A stretch of DNA of 64,000 nt from assembly GCA_013265495.1 (NCBI GenBank), contig MU058718.1:3610081-3674080 (forward strand), given 5' to 3'. The translations under genes were made by a program, and so were the position numbers. Numbering within the stretch: position 1 is the stretch's first letter; each line of letters starts with the position of its first letter. The DNA comes from Vicugna vicugna. Its lineage: Eukaryota. Shown here piece by piece: positions 12,366 to 27,063 of the stretch. Under the pieces are notes generated by a model, which did not search any database, was not told where the DNA came from, and saw nothing but the letters and a program-made list of their open reading frames with translations.

Positions 12366-15300
12366 CTGTGTTCTGCATCTTTCTGTACACTCCCCTCCTC
12401 CATCCCTTACACACCGAGCGTGGGTTTTTGATAAATAGTGGACTTCCCAAGGATGATTTTCTGAGAAAGCTCATTAAAGGGGAGAATGGACTGACTGGAA
12501 ACTCTCTTGTGTGGTAGTGGTTTGTGTCCGTTTCTATCCATAGGCAGGACTCCCTGCATCCGTCTTGGAGTACAACCTCATAAGGTCACTTCAGATTTTA
12601 CAAATCTACCTTTTAAAATGGGCCTTTGCCTCTCTCCACGTTGTCTGCAGTAAATTAAGTCCTGAGTTGCGCAAATGCTGTATTTAGAGGAAAGCATTTC
12701 ATGTCTGTGTCTTTCATTATGAAACCACGTCTCTTTGTTCTTCTGTCATTTCTCTTTGCCCAGCGCTGTAAACGTTACTTTTCTCTCCATCGGCCTTCTG
12801 GTGAGTCCATATTTCTATGCCCATTTCCACTAACACTTCGTGTTTCTAACGTTCTTTCTTTGATTTCCCTTTGTATTGATAGACACAAACCTCCTAACTG
12901 TGATGATAGTTACATGGGCCTTTGTCTGGTCTAATAAACTCACTTGGTTGAACGCTGACTTGAGTCCTCTCATCTCGGGTCTGTGTGAAGCGCTACCTGC
13001 ACACACGGGGCAGCCGTGTGCATCTGATCTCCGTGATTGCATGAGATGATTTTATGCAACATTAAGTTCCTTATTCTACTTCCTGTTGCAGGCTTTTCTT
13101 TCTTGTGGTTTGAAATAGCATTTGTTTCCGATACGGTGCTTCAGTTCTTTTTTCAGAAAGGCAAGTTGTGTTTCTTATGGAGCATTCCTATGAAATCTGG
13201 AGAGGAAAAATGATGAGGTAAATTTCTATTAAGCACTGATGACAGATGTCAAAAAATATCAGACTTGACTGGCCTTCCTGTTAATTTAGTTTAAATGTCA
13301 TGTGTGTTTTTAGTCAGTCATGTAATTTTCCCGTTGCTGCAAACTGCCCTTAGAGGCAAACGAGATACAGGGATGCTTGTAAAATGAATGGCAGCAATTA
13401 TTATTCAAATGAAGGGGTACCAACCAAGGGAGGCATGGCTTGGAAGCTAGTTACCGTGTGAGATTTAATTGCATTGTATATTTGTGAAGATTTCTCAATT
13501 TTAACAGATTACAATAGTAAAACTCCCTTGGAGGAGAAAAATGCTACTTAAAAATTACAGGGGCTGAACTGAGTGAGCGCACTGATGCGCGTTTCTTCAC
13601 AATAGAGGGCGTTTATTCACGGTTTGGCTCTTGGTTGTGCCCTGAGGGGCTTTTCCAGCCCATCGGTATTCCTGAGCATTGGTGGGAAATAGCCATCACC
13701 TGCCTCTATTAGAGCACTTTCTTGAAAGATACGGAATTTACTGCTACTTAAAGTGGAAGGTCCAGTGCCTACGCCCTGGCAAGAAGGAAAATGACGATCA
13801 ATTTAGGACTTAAAGCTGCTCCAGTTTTGATCAGCTTGCCCAGTTTTAGTTTGGGGATTTAAGATTCTTTTTGTGAGGGAAGAAGGGGCACCTAGATGGA
13901 CTTTGTTGGATTATGAAGTGCTTCCTGGTTAATAATCATATGTAGTCATTTATAGACCTTTTTTCTTCTACAGTTTTGCTGATTTAATACATCCTAAGTC
14001 CATGGAAGCCTTTAAGCTCTGCCTGTGGCTATCTTGGAGAAGTCGAATTGGCCCTCTTTCCCCCTCTGCTGGCCTAGTAGGACATGCTTACTTATCAGAG
14101 ACCCTTACCAGCTCCCCCCGCCCAAAGCATTTACCAGCTTCCGCCTCATGCTTTCTAATCCCCTCCCCCTCTCCTTCCTGTTCACCCCCTGACACATGCT
14201 GGAATCTGGAGTGTAGCTGGTAAACCACTTGAGGGCAGAGGTTATGGCTTTTCATGCTCTTGTGTCTCCTAAAGTCCCACTGTCCAGCATTGCACCTGGT
14301 GGCCTTGTGTAAAGTCAAAGATTTGACCTAGAACAGCAGAGGGATTTCCCTGAGAGGTCAGACCAGGAGTGGAGTGGGCCTGGGGCAGGCAGGGTGGCTG
14401 GACTTTGATGAGTCCAGTCAGAAGGGCTGGTTCTCCAAGTAACTCTGTCACTTCAAGACGTGTGGCCTTGGGCGGGACACAGGCCTTCTCTGAGTCTCTT
14501 TCCCACAGTTCTAAGGAGGGATGCCTCGTGGATGTGAGTGAGTCAAATGGCCAATTGTCCGAGAAAGGACAAACCTACAATAATACCCCCACTTATCCAG
14601 CATTATCCAGAACCCCCATTAATATAATGTTTGAATAACTGAATCCCTTACCCCATTTAACCATTGGGGATTGAAAAATTTTTATTGAGGTTTTACCCTA
14701 CCAAAGAGTTTAATAAACATCATAAAGTTATTCTTGATCACTTAGCATCATCCTGGTCTATCAGTTATTCTTCTGTATTGTAAGAGCAGTACCTCCAGGA
14801 TTTATTGAGCAGCGTGCAGTTCCTTGCCTCAGCACTCAATAACCCCAGCCTATTAGGTTTTAAGTGCATATGTCTTTTTTTAAAAAGTTTTTTTAAGTAT
14901 AACAAATTATGCTTATTTTTGTTTGAGGGAGGATAGTTCATGTCTTTTCTTGACCCAAGTATGTCAGTAGTGACTTCTTGTCCTTACCTTGAAGTGCCCT
15001 GTCTTTTTGTTGCTGCTTCTACTCTGTAGTGGGTTGGGAAGCAGGAGAAATGACACTTGTAGTAAATCAGGTAGGATGAGAGGAAATAGCTCCTGAGCTG
15101 GTTCAGCGGCATTTTCCACGAGAAGAGCACGCCTTCCTCCACTTTGGACACCGCTGTTTGCTTCCCGATCGGCTGTGATGCTCTCCATCACCGAGGCTGC
15201 GAGAAAAGCTGCCTGTGTGAGGGAGGCTCATACTGTCTCAGAACTGGGTGTGTTTGTGTGAGGCCTAAGTGTCCCTTGATTCTGGTATAACTCACACAGT

Positions 15301-16114
15301 CTTGGAAGTTGATTAGAATCAACTTCCAGAGTATAGGTGTCTGTGTCATTTTTTCAGTGGGGAGTAAAACTGAGACACAGAGACCCCCGAGTGACCTGCA
15401 TGGCTAATACTGACTGAGCTGAACTGTGTTTGGACTAAATTCAGAAGGGCTCTTTCCAATGACCTCTAGCAAAACTAACACCTTGAGAAGCCCCAGCAGA
15501 GACCCGCAGAGTCAAATGGAAAAGATTTGAAAGTCTCAAGGCAAGCGCCTCCCTTCTGAAACAGAAGCCCCCTTCTGTTCGGCTCACTAACTGTGGCAAT
15601 GAGAGACTCCAGCTTCAGGGGCTCCCTGAGAGAGGAGAACTGCAGAGCTGGGGCCCCTGAACACGGCAGACTGGATCAGTTCCTCTGATGCCCGGCAGCT
15701 GCACAGATCTGGGGTGGGGGGGGTCGCTCCTGGGCCTCTGAGGTCACCCCACCTCCCCGACTTGGCTTGCTTGGTTACTCTCACAGCCTCGTTGCTTTAC
15801 TTGAAAATATGGCCCCGTTTCTCTGTAAAAGTGGTGAGAACAGCCACCCCCATGACTGTTCCTATTATAATGTCAGCTACCTACCTGAGTGCCCGCCAAG
15901 TCCCAGGAAGCTCCTAGACACCTCACACAACTCATTTTATCTTCCTCAAGCCGCTGCGAGGAGGTGGTGGTGCCAACAACATAAAATCCGTGCTGTGCTC
16001 TTAGCACAGTACCCGCCTGACCCCCAGGACACTTCCTGAGAATATGCGCTCCATCCCAGTGAGACCTGGCACATAGCAGTTGCTCAATAAAGACCTGTTG
16101 CATGAATCATAAAC

Positions 16115-16270
16115 ATTAGTTGTTAGATAGCCCCATTTTTAAAGACAAGCAAATGAAAGCTCAGAGAGGTTTAGTAATTTAGCCAATTCACAGCTGGAAG
16201 TGAGTGGCTGAGCCAGAGTCAGGACCTTGAGTCAGGTGGTTGCAGCAGAGAGACTGCACTCCTAACCCTT
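16115..16270 (-). mobile_element. MIR SINE, antisense
   Basis: ccccatttt...aaatgaaagctcagagaggtttagtaattt. Confidence 0.65.
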
Positions 16271-17811
16271 CTGCTGCCCACCCTGAGAGGAAGGCATGAT
16301 TCTGGTAAGCAGTAGTTGATGCCAGGGTGGGAGATGCACCCTAGTGGGAGAGGTTTGGGTATGTGATGTTTATGGGTTGGCTGATTAGGAAGACAGCCTT
16401 GCCCCTAATATCTGAAGCTTGATGCCACAGTGCCTGAAGCCCATGTCTGACTCTGGCAGGACTGGGCCTCCCTCCTTCCCTAAGGCTTTTCAGTGATTTG
16501 TCAGCCATGAAACCTAATTAGCACAGTTTATAGTTCTACAATCTTTTAATCCTTCACTGATTGTACCACCTTGGCTCCTTAGCAGATACCCTCCCTCTCT
16601 TAACAGACTTCTGCTCTGGCTCCATAAATATGCTGATTTTTAGTCTGTGTGATCTAAAGGAATATGATTTTGGAAAGCAATTTCAAGTAATCAAAATGAA
16701 TGTGGTAGAGAAATCATGTATTACGGAGAGTGTGGTAAATTGCAAGCATGTACGATTTCATGACATACGCATCTCAGTGGATTCTTTCCTTTGCATTGAT
16801 TTGCGTGGATAAGATATGATTTCTTTCTTTTATTGTTTAGATAACTAATGAGGTTTGCTACTTTTTCAAATTTAATTCGAAAGTGGTTTTTATCTGGCCC
16901 TTATATTGAAACCTCTAGGCAATGTTTTGTAATGATGTCCAAAGAGACCCACAGCAGCAAAGATGATAAATTTACCAACTTTGTATTTACATAGGGGCTT
17001 CTGTATAACAGGTGCCACGTTATCAAACTAGAATTATGGTGGGAAGAAAAACCCTCTCCCTTCTGCCCCATGGTGAGATTACATAAATTTAAGTTACAGA
17101 AGAATATACTTGGCCATAAAGAAAATGATTTTACCTTTTTAACCAAAATAATATCCCAATTCTAACTGAGTATTAAGTAAAACTCACGTTCCTTCCTACT
17201 TCAGTCAGGGTAATTGTATTTTTAAGAATTCAGGAGAATGTTTCCCAGGGTTCTTTTATCCTTTGTCTTTGCTATTGATTTCTGCTTGTTTATAGGGGCC
17301 TTGGGAGATTAATATTATATACCTGCCTCAGGCAAGACTCTATTCAAGTCATCCTGAAAGATAGCTTACTCCTCTCTAGAATGTCTTAAGAGATGAAAGC
17401 GTCTTTGGGACATTGTAACAAAGGATCGTTTACTTGGGAAGTTTCTCCTAATATCTAACCTAACATCTTTTTCTTCTGGTCTCGTTCAGAAAAATAAAAG
17501 GAGCTAAGGGTTCAAAACCTATCTGTTTCTGAGTTTATAAAGAGGGTTTTGCTGTGTCATTTCCCCCCTCAGGGTTGAATAAATATTTGATATTAATGTT
17601 TGTGACACTGGTTTGTCAGAAATGATCAGCCTGTTTTCTCTTCAGTGCTTGAGAGAAACGAAGGAAAAATGGAACAAAAACAGGTTACGTGACTCAGGTT
17701 ACATTGAGGCTGTCAGGACGCCAACAAATGGCTCTGAAACCTTGTAGGTGGGTTTGCTTCCTTAAGGCTATGTAAACTATTTTGAATTGATTTTGAATTG
17801 TTTATTTTTAG

Positions 17812-17893
17812 GTGCATTTTGACCAGTTTAAAGAAGCATTAATCCTTATCCTGTCTAGAACGCTATCAAATGAAGAACACTTTCAAGAACCAG
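17812..17893 (+). CDS. NIN: Ninein coding exon 2 (VHFDQFKEALILILSRTLSNEEHFQEP)
   Basis: tttatttttag| ... CAG|gtaagg; 82 nt, phase 0 to 1. Confidence 0.96.
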
Positions 17894-18749
17894 GTAAGGA
17901 CATTAACTTTTTTTCTCTTCATTCCACTTTCAAAGTTGTCCAGGGAAGAATTTGGGGAACTGGAAGCATGTCTGTAAAAGATTTGGGGCATCTGCCTCCC
18001 TTAGATTGAGCAGCTATTTTCAGTGACTTGTCCTTCGACATTGTCATAAAAGCCTTGCAGCTGTGACGCACTTAGATGAGACTTCTCCACCACAAGAGCG
18101 AATCATGGAAGAAATAACTGGATTGTTCCCAGGCGATGTGTCAGATGGTGTGGCCGTAGCTCACTCCTGGAGTGAGCAGCGTGGAGCTCCCTCTGTCCTC
18201 CTTTCCTGTGAACATGGAGCAATGTGAATTGGGGAGAATTTTGTCTGAAGGAAGAAGGGTGGCCAGCGTAGAGATAATTTTATTCAGTCCTAGTGGGGCA
18301 GTGACCCTCTGTTATCGAGATTATCACGTTTTATGGCAATTGTTTTTCTAGCTCCTCCTCTCAAGTGGTAGTTCCTTGTGGACCATGTTGTCTCTTTTAG
18401 TATTTTTAGTGCCCGGTCGGATGCCTAGCACACAGTAAGTATTCAATGAATAGTATGAAATGAAAAACTTGATATTATATTTCACATTTTTTTTTTGTAA
18501 AGGCACCATAAATTATGACCCATCATTGTTTTATATATCTCTAAGAAGAAAAATTCTTCCTAATTATAATGCCATTGATTGTAAGACACCTCATTATTTC
18601 AGAATGTTCAAATCTGAGGGTGGGGTGCGGAGAGGGGCAGGTTATGTTTTAGAGTCAATTAAATAGGGTAAATATTTAAGGGGAAGTCTAAAAAGAGTTG
18701 AAATTTATATCATAGTACAGTCTGGTTTTATTGAAAAAAATCCATGGCT

Positions 18750-18945
18750 ATCAGGGGCTAAGGTTAGAGGTTGGCTATAAAATGGCACAAGGGAATTTTG
18801 GAGGTGATGAAACTGTTAATAACTTGATTGTGATGGTAGTTACAGATTTTACAAGCTTTTCTAACCCACAGAATTGTTCACCACAAGGGTGAAATTTACT
18901 CTATGTAAACTCTACCTCAATAAACCTCAATGACTTTAAAAAAAG
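18750..18945 (+). mobile_element. Old LINE-1 (L1MC/L1ME-type) 3' end
   Basis: ggaggtgatgaaactgtt...cttgattgtgatggtagttaca...tacctcaataaa. Confidence 0.7.
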
Positions 18946-21900
18946 AGGACACTGAAACTATGGTCCAGTTTTGAGACTGAAGTGAAATCATTAACATGCT
19001 GTCACTACAAGGAGTCGTACAGGGTGACCTGTGCAGGAGAAGCCCAGCTGGGAGCTCATTTCTTACCCTCACCACTGAGTTCTTCCCTGTCCCCTCCGCA
19101 GCACTGCAGACTTGTGTCACATGTGTGAACTCTGCATTTAGCAGTGCTTTGGATTCCAGATTGCACCTCCCCCTTTTTGCTAATGGTGACCACCCCTAGG
19201 AAGGTTATTGTCAACTCTGGAGTTTGCCAGAGCTCTCTAAGAGCCCCTAGTGGGCCTGGGAGGGAGGTTGTTGCATTCTAGAGATTTTCCATACGAAAAG
19301 TAAAATTTCTGTGGGTGACCACTGCTGGAACATGGACTTTTGTGCTTATGGCAGGGGGGGTGGTCCTCACATGTTATTGGTAGTTTTCCTTTTTTAAGGT
19401 TGTCATCTTGATAACAATAGTGTGTGAGATCTAGGCACCCTGACTAGAGCTCTGGTGACACCACCCCACCCTTTTTAGTTAATATGAGTGTAGGTACCAT
19501 AAGCTTAAGTTCAGTGTTCTCTGTGCCTGTAATGGGGTTTCTGCGGGTTTGGGACAGGCAGTCCTGCCACTAGTCCATGGGATCGTTTTGCTGCCCTTTC
19601 TTCAAAATCTGTACTGTTACTTGCCCAAAAATTGACATAATAAATACAAGAATTGATGATAACCACAAATGCGAAGGATGCCCTGTGGAGCTGTGCAGTG
19701 TTGGGATGTGAATAATAGGAGAGTAGGATGAGGAGGTGGATGATGGCTGGCCCAGCCTGCTGGCAGCCAGGAAGTAGGTTTGTGAGTCCAGCTCCAGCTC
19801 CAGACGCTGGTTTCATAGTTACTGTTGTTTAGCCTGAGGCCATGATTTGGACAAGTCTTCCAGGGCGACAGGCAGAAGGATTTTATAGTTCGCTGTGTGC
19901 TCCATCCTTTGGGTGGGTTGCAGCGAACCTCTGTCACAGAGCTGCCCCTAATCAGTGTAATGAGGCAGCCAAGTTCGTATTGATATCATTTCATCCAGCA
20001 TATGTGGGACTCCCCTAAGGTTTGACTCGACCCAGTAAAATCTAGGATTAAGCCTGTGCTTTAAGAGTTTGATCTCATCTGAGCCTGGGAGTCATCCCTT
20101 CTTTGTTCCTGAGCATTTCTGTCTCCTGCCTGTCACTCCCTGGCCCTTCCAGTTGTCCTGGGGATCACACACCTCTTTCCCTCAAATGTTCTCCCACTCA
20201 CGCTGCCCCGTGACTCCACCCGCACATGCTGCCTGGCTTGGCTGGCGGGAGACAGAGCAGGAAAGGTCAGGGCTCAAGTTCTGTGCATCAGGAGGCCCCT
20301 GAGTTCCCCCCTTTCCTCCCCTTGCAGAAGATAACTACCCCTTAAATCCCAGGCCGCGTGGTTGTCGGCCTGGCGTGGACGCTGCCGTTTTATCCATAAG
20401 CGAACTGAGGCTTGAAAGAGGGATGTTGCTTAACTGAAGTCTCACAAATCGCGGCAGAGAAGACGCTGACGCTGTGTCACCCAGGGCTGGGCTCCAGGAG
20501 GCTTTGGTGTAAAGATGCTGGCCCTCAGGTGGGTGAGCTGGGGGCAACCCAGTCCTGGCAGCGCAGCCCGGCCAGAAAGGTTCTGACCAGTGGCCCGAGG
20601 CAGAGAAAGGGAGGGAGGAAGAGCAAGCTTCACCTGACCCGCGCTGACAGGGATGCCTGTGTCCTCAGCATTACTTGGCTGCTCTGTACTTAATTCATCT
20701 TCTACAATAAGGGGCCAGGGCTGTGGCGTTTTTGTCTTGCCTTTTGAAATCAGCGGGCCTACTGGACTTGGAGAGAAAGGATTACCCTTAAACAATGGAA
20801 AGTGACAGCAAAAATAGGAGGGTCAGAGTGCACAGCCTTCGGCACCGAGTGGGTCATGAATTGATACTTTATAAGATTTGTATAAGTCAAAAATATCAGA
20901 TGCTGCACCTGACTATATAGAAAATCCAGCTTGATGTGGTAGAAAGACCCTTCAGCCAGCAGTTATGAAATGCTGGCTCTGCCCCTCTCTTTGGGTGGCC
21001 TTATAATCACAGCCTCTGTGGTCTTTGGTTACCTCATATGTGAAGGTAATTGTACTGGAAAGTGCTTAAAATCCATTTAGCTCCAAGATTCAATTGTGTT
21101 GTCTCCAAATATCTGAATGACATCTACATTATGAGAAAAGCTTGCTTTGTGCTTCCGTAAGATTTTACCCAACATAAACTGACACCGTAAATTTCTGCTT
21201 CCTAAGGACAAATGCCCAGTGTATTTTATGCCATTATATTCTTCTAATAAAAGGCAGTTCTTTATAAATCATACAAAAGCAAAGCTATCATGGGATTTGA
21301 GAGGAGATGGAATTGTAATTATTTCCATAGTCTTGGGTTCTGCCATTTATAACTTCTCTGAGATACGGTTTCTTTATTTTTAAAATTAAAGGGTGTGGAC
21401 TAGATGGTTTTCAGCATCTTTTTAACTCCGATGCTCTTGCTTCTAAGACTCTTAGGAGAGAGATTTTCCTCTAAAAAGCAACAAAAACAACAGTAACAGC
21501 AACACAGTGAAAAACACTGAAATTCAGATAAGGGCAGAGAAATGGATTGGGGGTGTTGGGAGTCCTGTGTCAATTCCAGAGTGATCAGCATTGCTGGTGG
21601 CAGAGCTTCCTTGTTTCTATGTATACACTTTAATGTTTAAGTTATTTTCCTAGACTAAGGGAGGGACAACAACTTTATTATTATTTATTCAATTTGCTAT
21701 AGCTTTGGGCTGTAGGATTTTTGTAGTGGAAATACTGGCACAGACTCTAAGCTACATGGTATCAGCATGCTGTCCGGATCTGCTCCCCAGAGGTTTTGTC
21801 CTTGTTTGATGCATCTTGCATTAGATTTCTGCTCTGTGGTAGATGTTAGCATAAAGCCGAAAGCCCCTTCTTTCCCTGACGTGGCTCATGTACAGTGTCT

Positions 21901-22439
21901 TTCCTTTGTTTATCTGGGAGGGAAAACTCAAGTTTGGAAAAGCTAAATCATTAGAAAAATAAGGCAGGAAGGGCATGGTTTCAGTGTAGATGATTGAGGG
22001 TTTTGGGTCATAAATGTTCCTGATTCCGGGAACTGCCCTACTTTGAGTTATTTTCCTTATATTTTGGAGAAGCTATAAATATAACAAACACCTATCTCTT
22101 CATTCGCTCAGCAAGTGTCCATTGAAGCAGGTCTTATGGCCAGACAGTGGGCGAGATCCCGATTCACAGTGATTGAAGATTTGTGTTTCAAACTGTATTC
22201 AGAGTTGGGTCAGGCCCTGAACTCTGGCTGAAGGCCCTGTTTTTAGGAGATACACACAGATGGCCCAGCAGGCATGTTCTCTTGTCCTCTTTCTGGTCGA
22301 GTGAGATAAGTAAGAACTTAGTTCCCTGTTCCCTTGGTATATATGAGATGCTAACAGTGAGGAACAGAAAATTTCTTCAAAAGTTGAAAGCAAGGTAAAA
22401 TCACTACCATTAACCACCACCACCATCAAAAGACAATGT

Positions 22440-22586
22440 GGGGTGGGGGAGAGGGTATAGCCCAGTGGTAGAGCGCGTACTTAGCATGCATGAGGTCCTG
22501 GGTTCACCCCCAGTACCTCCATTAAAAATAAATAAACAAACAAACAAACAAACCAACAAACCTAGTTACCTCCCCCCTGCCAAAAA
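22440..22586 (+). mobile_element. tRNA-derived SINE (Vic-1-like)
   Basis: gagggtatagcccagtggtagagcgcgtacttagcatgcatgaggtcctgggttca head, (AAAC)n, ttacctccccc 3' block; TSD aaaagaca(a/g)t. Confidence 0.88.
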
Positions 22587-24464
22587 AGACAGTGGGAGGG
22601 TTAATTTCCTCAGGTCAGAGGAAACTGGAAACACTCGTGCCCACTGGTGGTCACGTAGGATGATAGGACCTTCTTGGAATTATGTAAAACGGGAAGCACC
22701 AAAAACTGTAAGTGCCTTTGGCTAATCAATGTCACTCTCTGATTTTATGCTATGGAAATAATTGTGGATGTGCACAAAGATGTGCGTTAAGTACAGTCAT
22801 TTAAAACAGTAAAATTTTAAAAATACATGTATATATAAAGCGTAAGTATTTGCAGCGTATTGGTTACGCAAAGGATGGTTTATCTGTAATCGGAGACTAA
22901 GCCGCTATCCCACTATGCTGTAGGACACTTACTGTTATGATTTTACAGAGAGTAGGAAGGCTCTCTTTTTATAAAAATATTATAAGTATATGTTTAAAAA
23001 AGAGAGAGAGATACCCCTCTTATTTAAAATTAAATAGGCTGGGGAGGATTTTGATAATGAAACTGTTGTGCTGATGTCAGTTTATTTCAATTCCAGTGTG
23101 TGAGAAGGTGTCCAAACCAGGGGCAAGAAACTGATAGTTTTCTACAGGGAGTCTTAGAGAACTGGTGTGTCCTCTGACGTCAGCTGACTGATGAAGGGAC
23201 TGGAGATGACGAGGAGAAGATTAGGGCAAGAGTGAGACAGAGGCAGCTGCAGTTTCTGAGATGATGCGCTGGACCACGTCACTGCATTTGCCAGTAATCT
23301 TACCCATCGCAGCAAATGAGGTCAAGGAATCTGCTGCATGGCTGGGGGCGGTGAGACTCTCCCTGATTCTGCTCCGCTGGTCCCAGGCCACCGCTGGCCC
23401 CTCAGGAGTCTGGGAGGGGGGACCCGGTGGGGTGTGGCCGGAGCTTCCAGGGCAGGAGCTCCCTGAGAGAGCCGTGACCTTGCCCCGCGGATCTCCTGCT
23501 GTTTTCCCTTCCTCCCAATGAGGAGACTCAGCCTGAGGACGTTAAGTACTCCTGGCCTTGAAAAGGACCGAGGTCCAGGTCCATTTGAATCCACAGCCCA
23601 CAGGCTCTTTCCATGAAGCCTTGCTGCCCTGGAAAGCATTCAGTCTGGCTGGCTAGGTCATTCTAACATATAAAATGCTTTTAGAAAAATATGACCAGCA
23701 TCATTATTAAATTGGAAACTCAACAGCACGGGTAGCACTAAATTCCCAGAAAAAAAGGTTTCGTGAAAGTTGTACCAAGCAGTTACTTGAAAGAATTGAG
23801 TTTTGAGTTGAGCCTTGAACAATGAGGGGGATTCAGTTAGGTGATAAGTGACTGTCTACCTTCTTCCCCAAAATAGCTCAAGATGCAGGCAGGGCCTTTG
23901 GACAGGGAGCGGCAGACTGGTCCTCCTGGAAGAGGCTGGGCAACTCTCACATCATCATCATCAGCTCAGAGTTCTTCCTGTTGACTGATCTTCACCTGCT
24001 TTAGGGCGTAGGTAGACTCGTCAGACCAGTCAGCCTGAGGTTGCCGGGCTGCACCCGTCCACCCCCTCGAGGAGGGCTAGCCTTCCCTTCAAAGCTTCCC
24101 TTCCAGGCAAGCCTAATCAGAGCCACCCTATTACTTTTGTGCCCAGAAGCCCCTGTATTCCAGCAGGAGACATCACTCACGTTGGTGAGAATGGATGTGG
24201 AGGCTCCTCCTAAAATTCTGTCATTGCATCCAGGGAGGGCCCATGAGCCTCACCTGAACATGTGCATGTGGCGTGGAGATCCGGGGAGAGAGGCATGGTG
24301 GGTGAGCATGGTGCCTAGGAGAGGGCTGTGTGCCCACAGGAGTGTGGGGTGAGGCCCCTGCCTGCTGATGCCCCGCCCCCACAGAGATGGGGGGCACCCT
24401 GGGAGGCAGAAGGAATGGCAGATAATGTCCAAAGGCTTTCCAGGTGTCTTTTTTATGTTGTTCA

Positions 24465-24792
24465 TTCTCTCCTGGCCTCTTCCCTCCACTCCCCAGGACA
24501 TCTCCCTCCTCATCCCTTCCTTTTTCTCCCTCTCCTGCTCACCTCTGCCCTCCTCTCCTCCTCAGCCCCTCACTCCGCTCCTCCCCTGCCTGCTGGTCCC
24601 TAACCCATCGCTTCCTCCTGCTTCCCCTCCTCCTCCCTCCAGAGACCTCAAGCTCTCTGCCCATCATCTGTCCCTCACCTCCTTCTCTCTCTGTTGGTCT
24701 CAGTCTCTCTCTCTGTCTCTCTCTGCTTCTTTCTGTCTCCATCTCTCTCTCTGTCTCTGTCTCCCTTTGATTCTTTTCTTCCCCTCTCCCTT
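24465..24792. repeat. Pyrimidine-rich low-complexity tract with (CT)n
   Basis: Directly visible C/T-dominated sequence. Confidence 0.85.
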
Positions 24793-26979
24793 ATTTAGTA
24801 TCGGGCGTGGGCTTGCACTCTAACGTGTGATCCCTGTGCAGTGGTGTGCTCAGAGTTGGCGAGAAGGTGGGGTGTGCGGCGGGGCTGGCGGTGCTCGTTT
24901 GCTGCCTGACCACCTCTTTCCAGGGAGGCTTCGTGGGGGTGCCCATCCTGAGGTTTGCATGTGCTTCATTTTTGACTTCTCATTTTCGAATGGGTTTCAG
25001 GAATCCTGTGAGCTGAGCGGTAGTATGGAGGGCCTCAGGCTGACATTCCCGCTGTGCCAAGGTCCTCTGCAGCGGGTGGTGTCTCTGGGAATGACCTCCC
25101 AGGCTAACTAAATGGGGCAGGAAAGGAAGTAGAAAGCAAGGGTCTGCATGAGCAATTCCAAAATAAGGATATCAGTACCGCAGAGGCAGGGCTTCCTTCT
25201 TCATCCAGGAAATCTCTCAGGTGATTTTTGGGAATGGGGTCATTTGAGTCAAAAAAAAGATAAAATATCCACCTTCTCTCTCAATAAGTACAACATAATA
25301 CATTCCCATGGCAGATGTTCAATCAATACACATTAAATGAGTCCAGCTAACACTGGGGTGCACCTTCGAATCTCCCCTTTAACTTCCCGTGTATGCGCCT
25401 CGTCCCCAGGCCTAAGCTTTTTTTTTTTTTTTTTTAAAAAAAGCGTTGATGGAATAAATAGTGTTCAGGCTTTCTTTTGGGTAACTATTTCAGCTTCCTC
25501 TTGGGTCCTCACTGCTTTGCCTTTTGCCATTGGGAGAACTGAGGGTTCAAAGGGCAGTCTGCATCGCACAGGTGGCTGGGTCAGTTCTAGGAAGGGTATG
25601 GAGTGCGCTCTGCCCTGCTGGCGAGCGGGTGGGGGGGAGAGAGAGAGTGAGAGAGCGAGAGAGAGTGCTGGGGGAGGCATGGGTGGGCGAGTGGCTGCTG
25701 GAGGTCTTCTCTGCCTGCAGCTGCCCTGTTTCCCTGTTCCAAGGGGTCGCTTTCATTTACATCGTATCCCACTTTTTCTTTTATCATAAGTGCAAGACCT
25801 TCTCCTCACAAGTCATCCACGTGCCCTTTGGTTCATCCCGATTCTGGGAAGCGAGCATTATCACAGCTCTGGAGTTTCTCCTCCTGGTGCTGTCAGGGGC
25901 TGCAGGAGTCCAAGACTGCTCTGGGCAGGCTGGACTTGTCCTTCAAAGCTCATTTGCATCTTGATGTACTGATGCCAAACAGGGAAAAGGGAAAATAGGA
26001 AAGAAGGGAAAATGGCTGCAAAACCTGACAATCCAGGCAGAATCATAAATATACATTCAAGGAAATAAAACACTGGAAGTACAGCAGTTGTGTGATTGAT
26101 GTTTGGTTTTTTCCCATGGGCTTTCATATCCCTCTTGGAGCTCATGATTGGAGCAGTTATTAACCCTTATGGTCAAGGAAGCGATATGTAAGTCATTTCA
26201 TTTCTTAGTAAATTAAATAACCCTATATTATCTGGCATAGATAAAATTGTTCCAGGATAAAACCCTGAAATACATAAGTTACACCTGGATGCTCTCATAA
26301 AGGAAAGAAACTTTGCCTCAGGGCTGTGGTTTGGCAAGTCTTTGTGGACAGGGTAAGGAAGGAGTTAGGCCTCGTGTAAGAGCATCTTACACGCCCCATG
26401 GAGGTCTCCTGTTCAGTGGCCTGCCGCTGTGCACTTCGAAAGCCCTGCTTGAGACTGATAAGGAGAACCTTGCAGTTTTCAGGTGCCTAACACAGCAATG
26501 GCTGTGGCCCACAAGTGTTCTCTCTGGACCCCCTTATTTTGCTCTCTTCCCCTTCTTATCCTGTAAGTGTGGTGAGGCTGATGCTCTAAATAGAAGGATA
26601 TGTGAATGTGTTAAGTCAAAAAGGTGACTATTTTTAATTGGTGTGATTAGTCTAAGTCTCTATTGGCTCCATGGATGGTTTGTGAAATTTCGTATGAGGA
26701 GACTTTAATACCCCATTTTTCCTTTGTGTGTGCTAATATCTTCCAAAAAGATTATGCATTTTAATAGATTGCTCTAGAAATTGACTTTGTGATGTATGTA
26801 CATTCTGTGAAAGTTATTAACTTACAGTTTACTCAAAATTGGTTTTTATAATTGAAAAATAAAATTAATTTAAAAATGAAAATGGAAAAATAAGTAACTA
26901 TATAAATAAACCAAAACCCCACAGGATCCCTAATGTTCATGGTGTATGACCTTTCATTGCTTAGAAAAAGAGCTGTTTC

Positions 26980-27063
26980 CATTGTGTAAATATACCACAA
27001 CTTCTGTATCCAGTACACCGGAAATTGACACATTGTAAACTCACTATACTTCAATTAAAAAAT
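26980..27063. mobile_element. 84-nt 5'-inverted LINE-1 insertion
   Basis: Perfect 15-bp TSD aaaaagagctgtttc (26965-26979, 27064-27078); antisense ORF2-end piece (WIQKLWYIYTM) joined to sense 3' terminus and A-tail. Confidence 0.85.

Noticed and set aside
22440..22520. tRNA-like sequences with A and B boxes (also at six other sites)
   Set aside because: SINE heads with A-rich tails and TSDs, not tRNA genes
22636..22653. Second CTCF-like motif on the minus strand (tgaccaccagtgggcacg)
   Set aside because: Mismatch at a core purine position; too weak to call from sequence alone
24328..24823. Overlapping Ser/Leu/Pro-rich ORFs
   Set aside because: Artefact of a pyrimidine low-complexity tract
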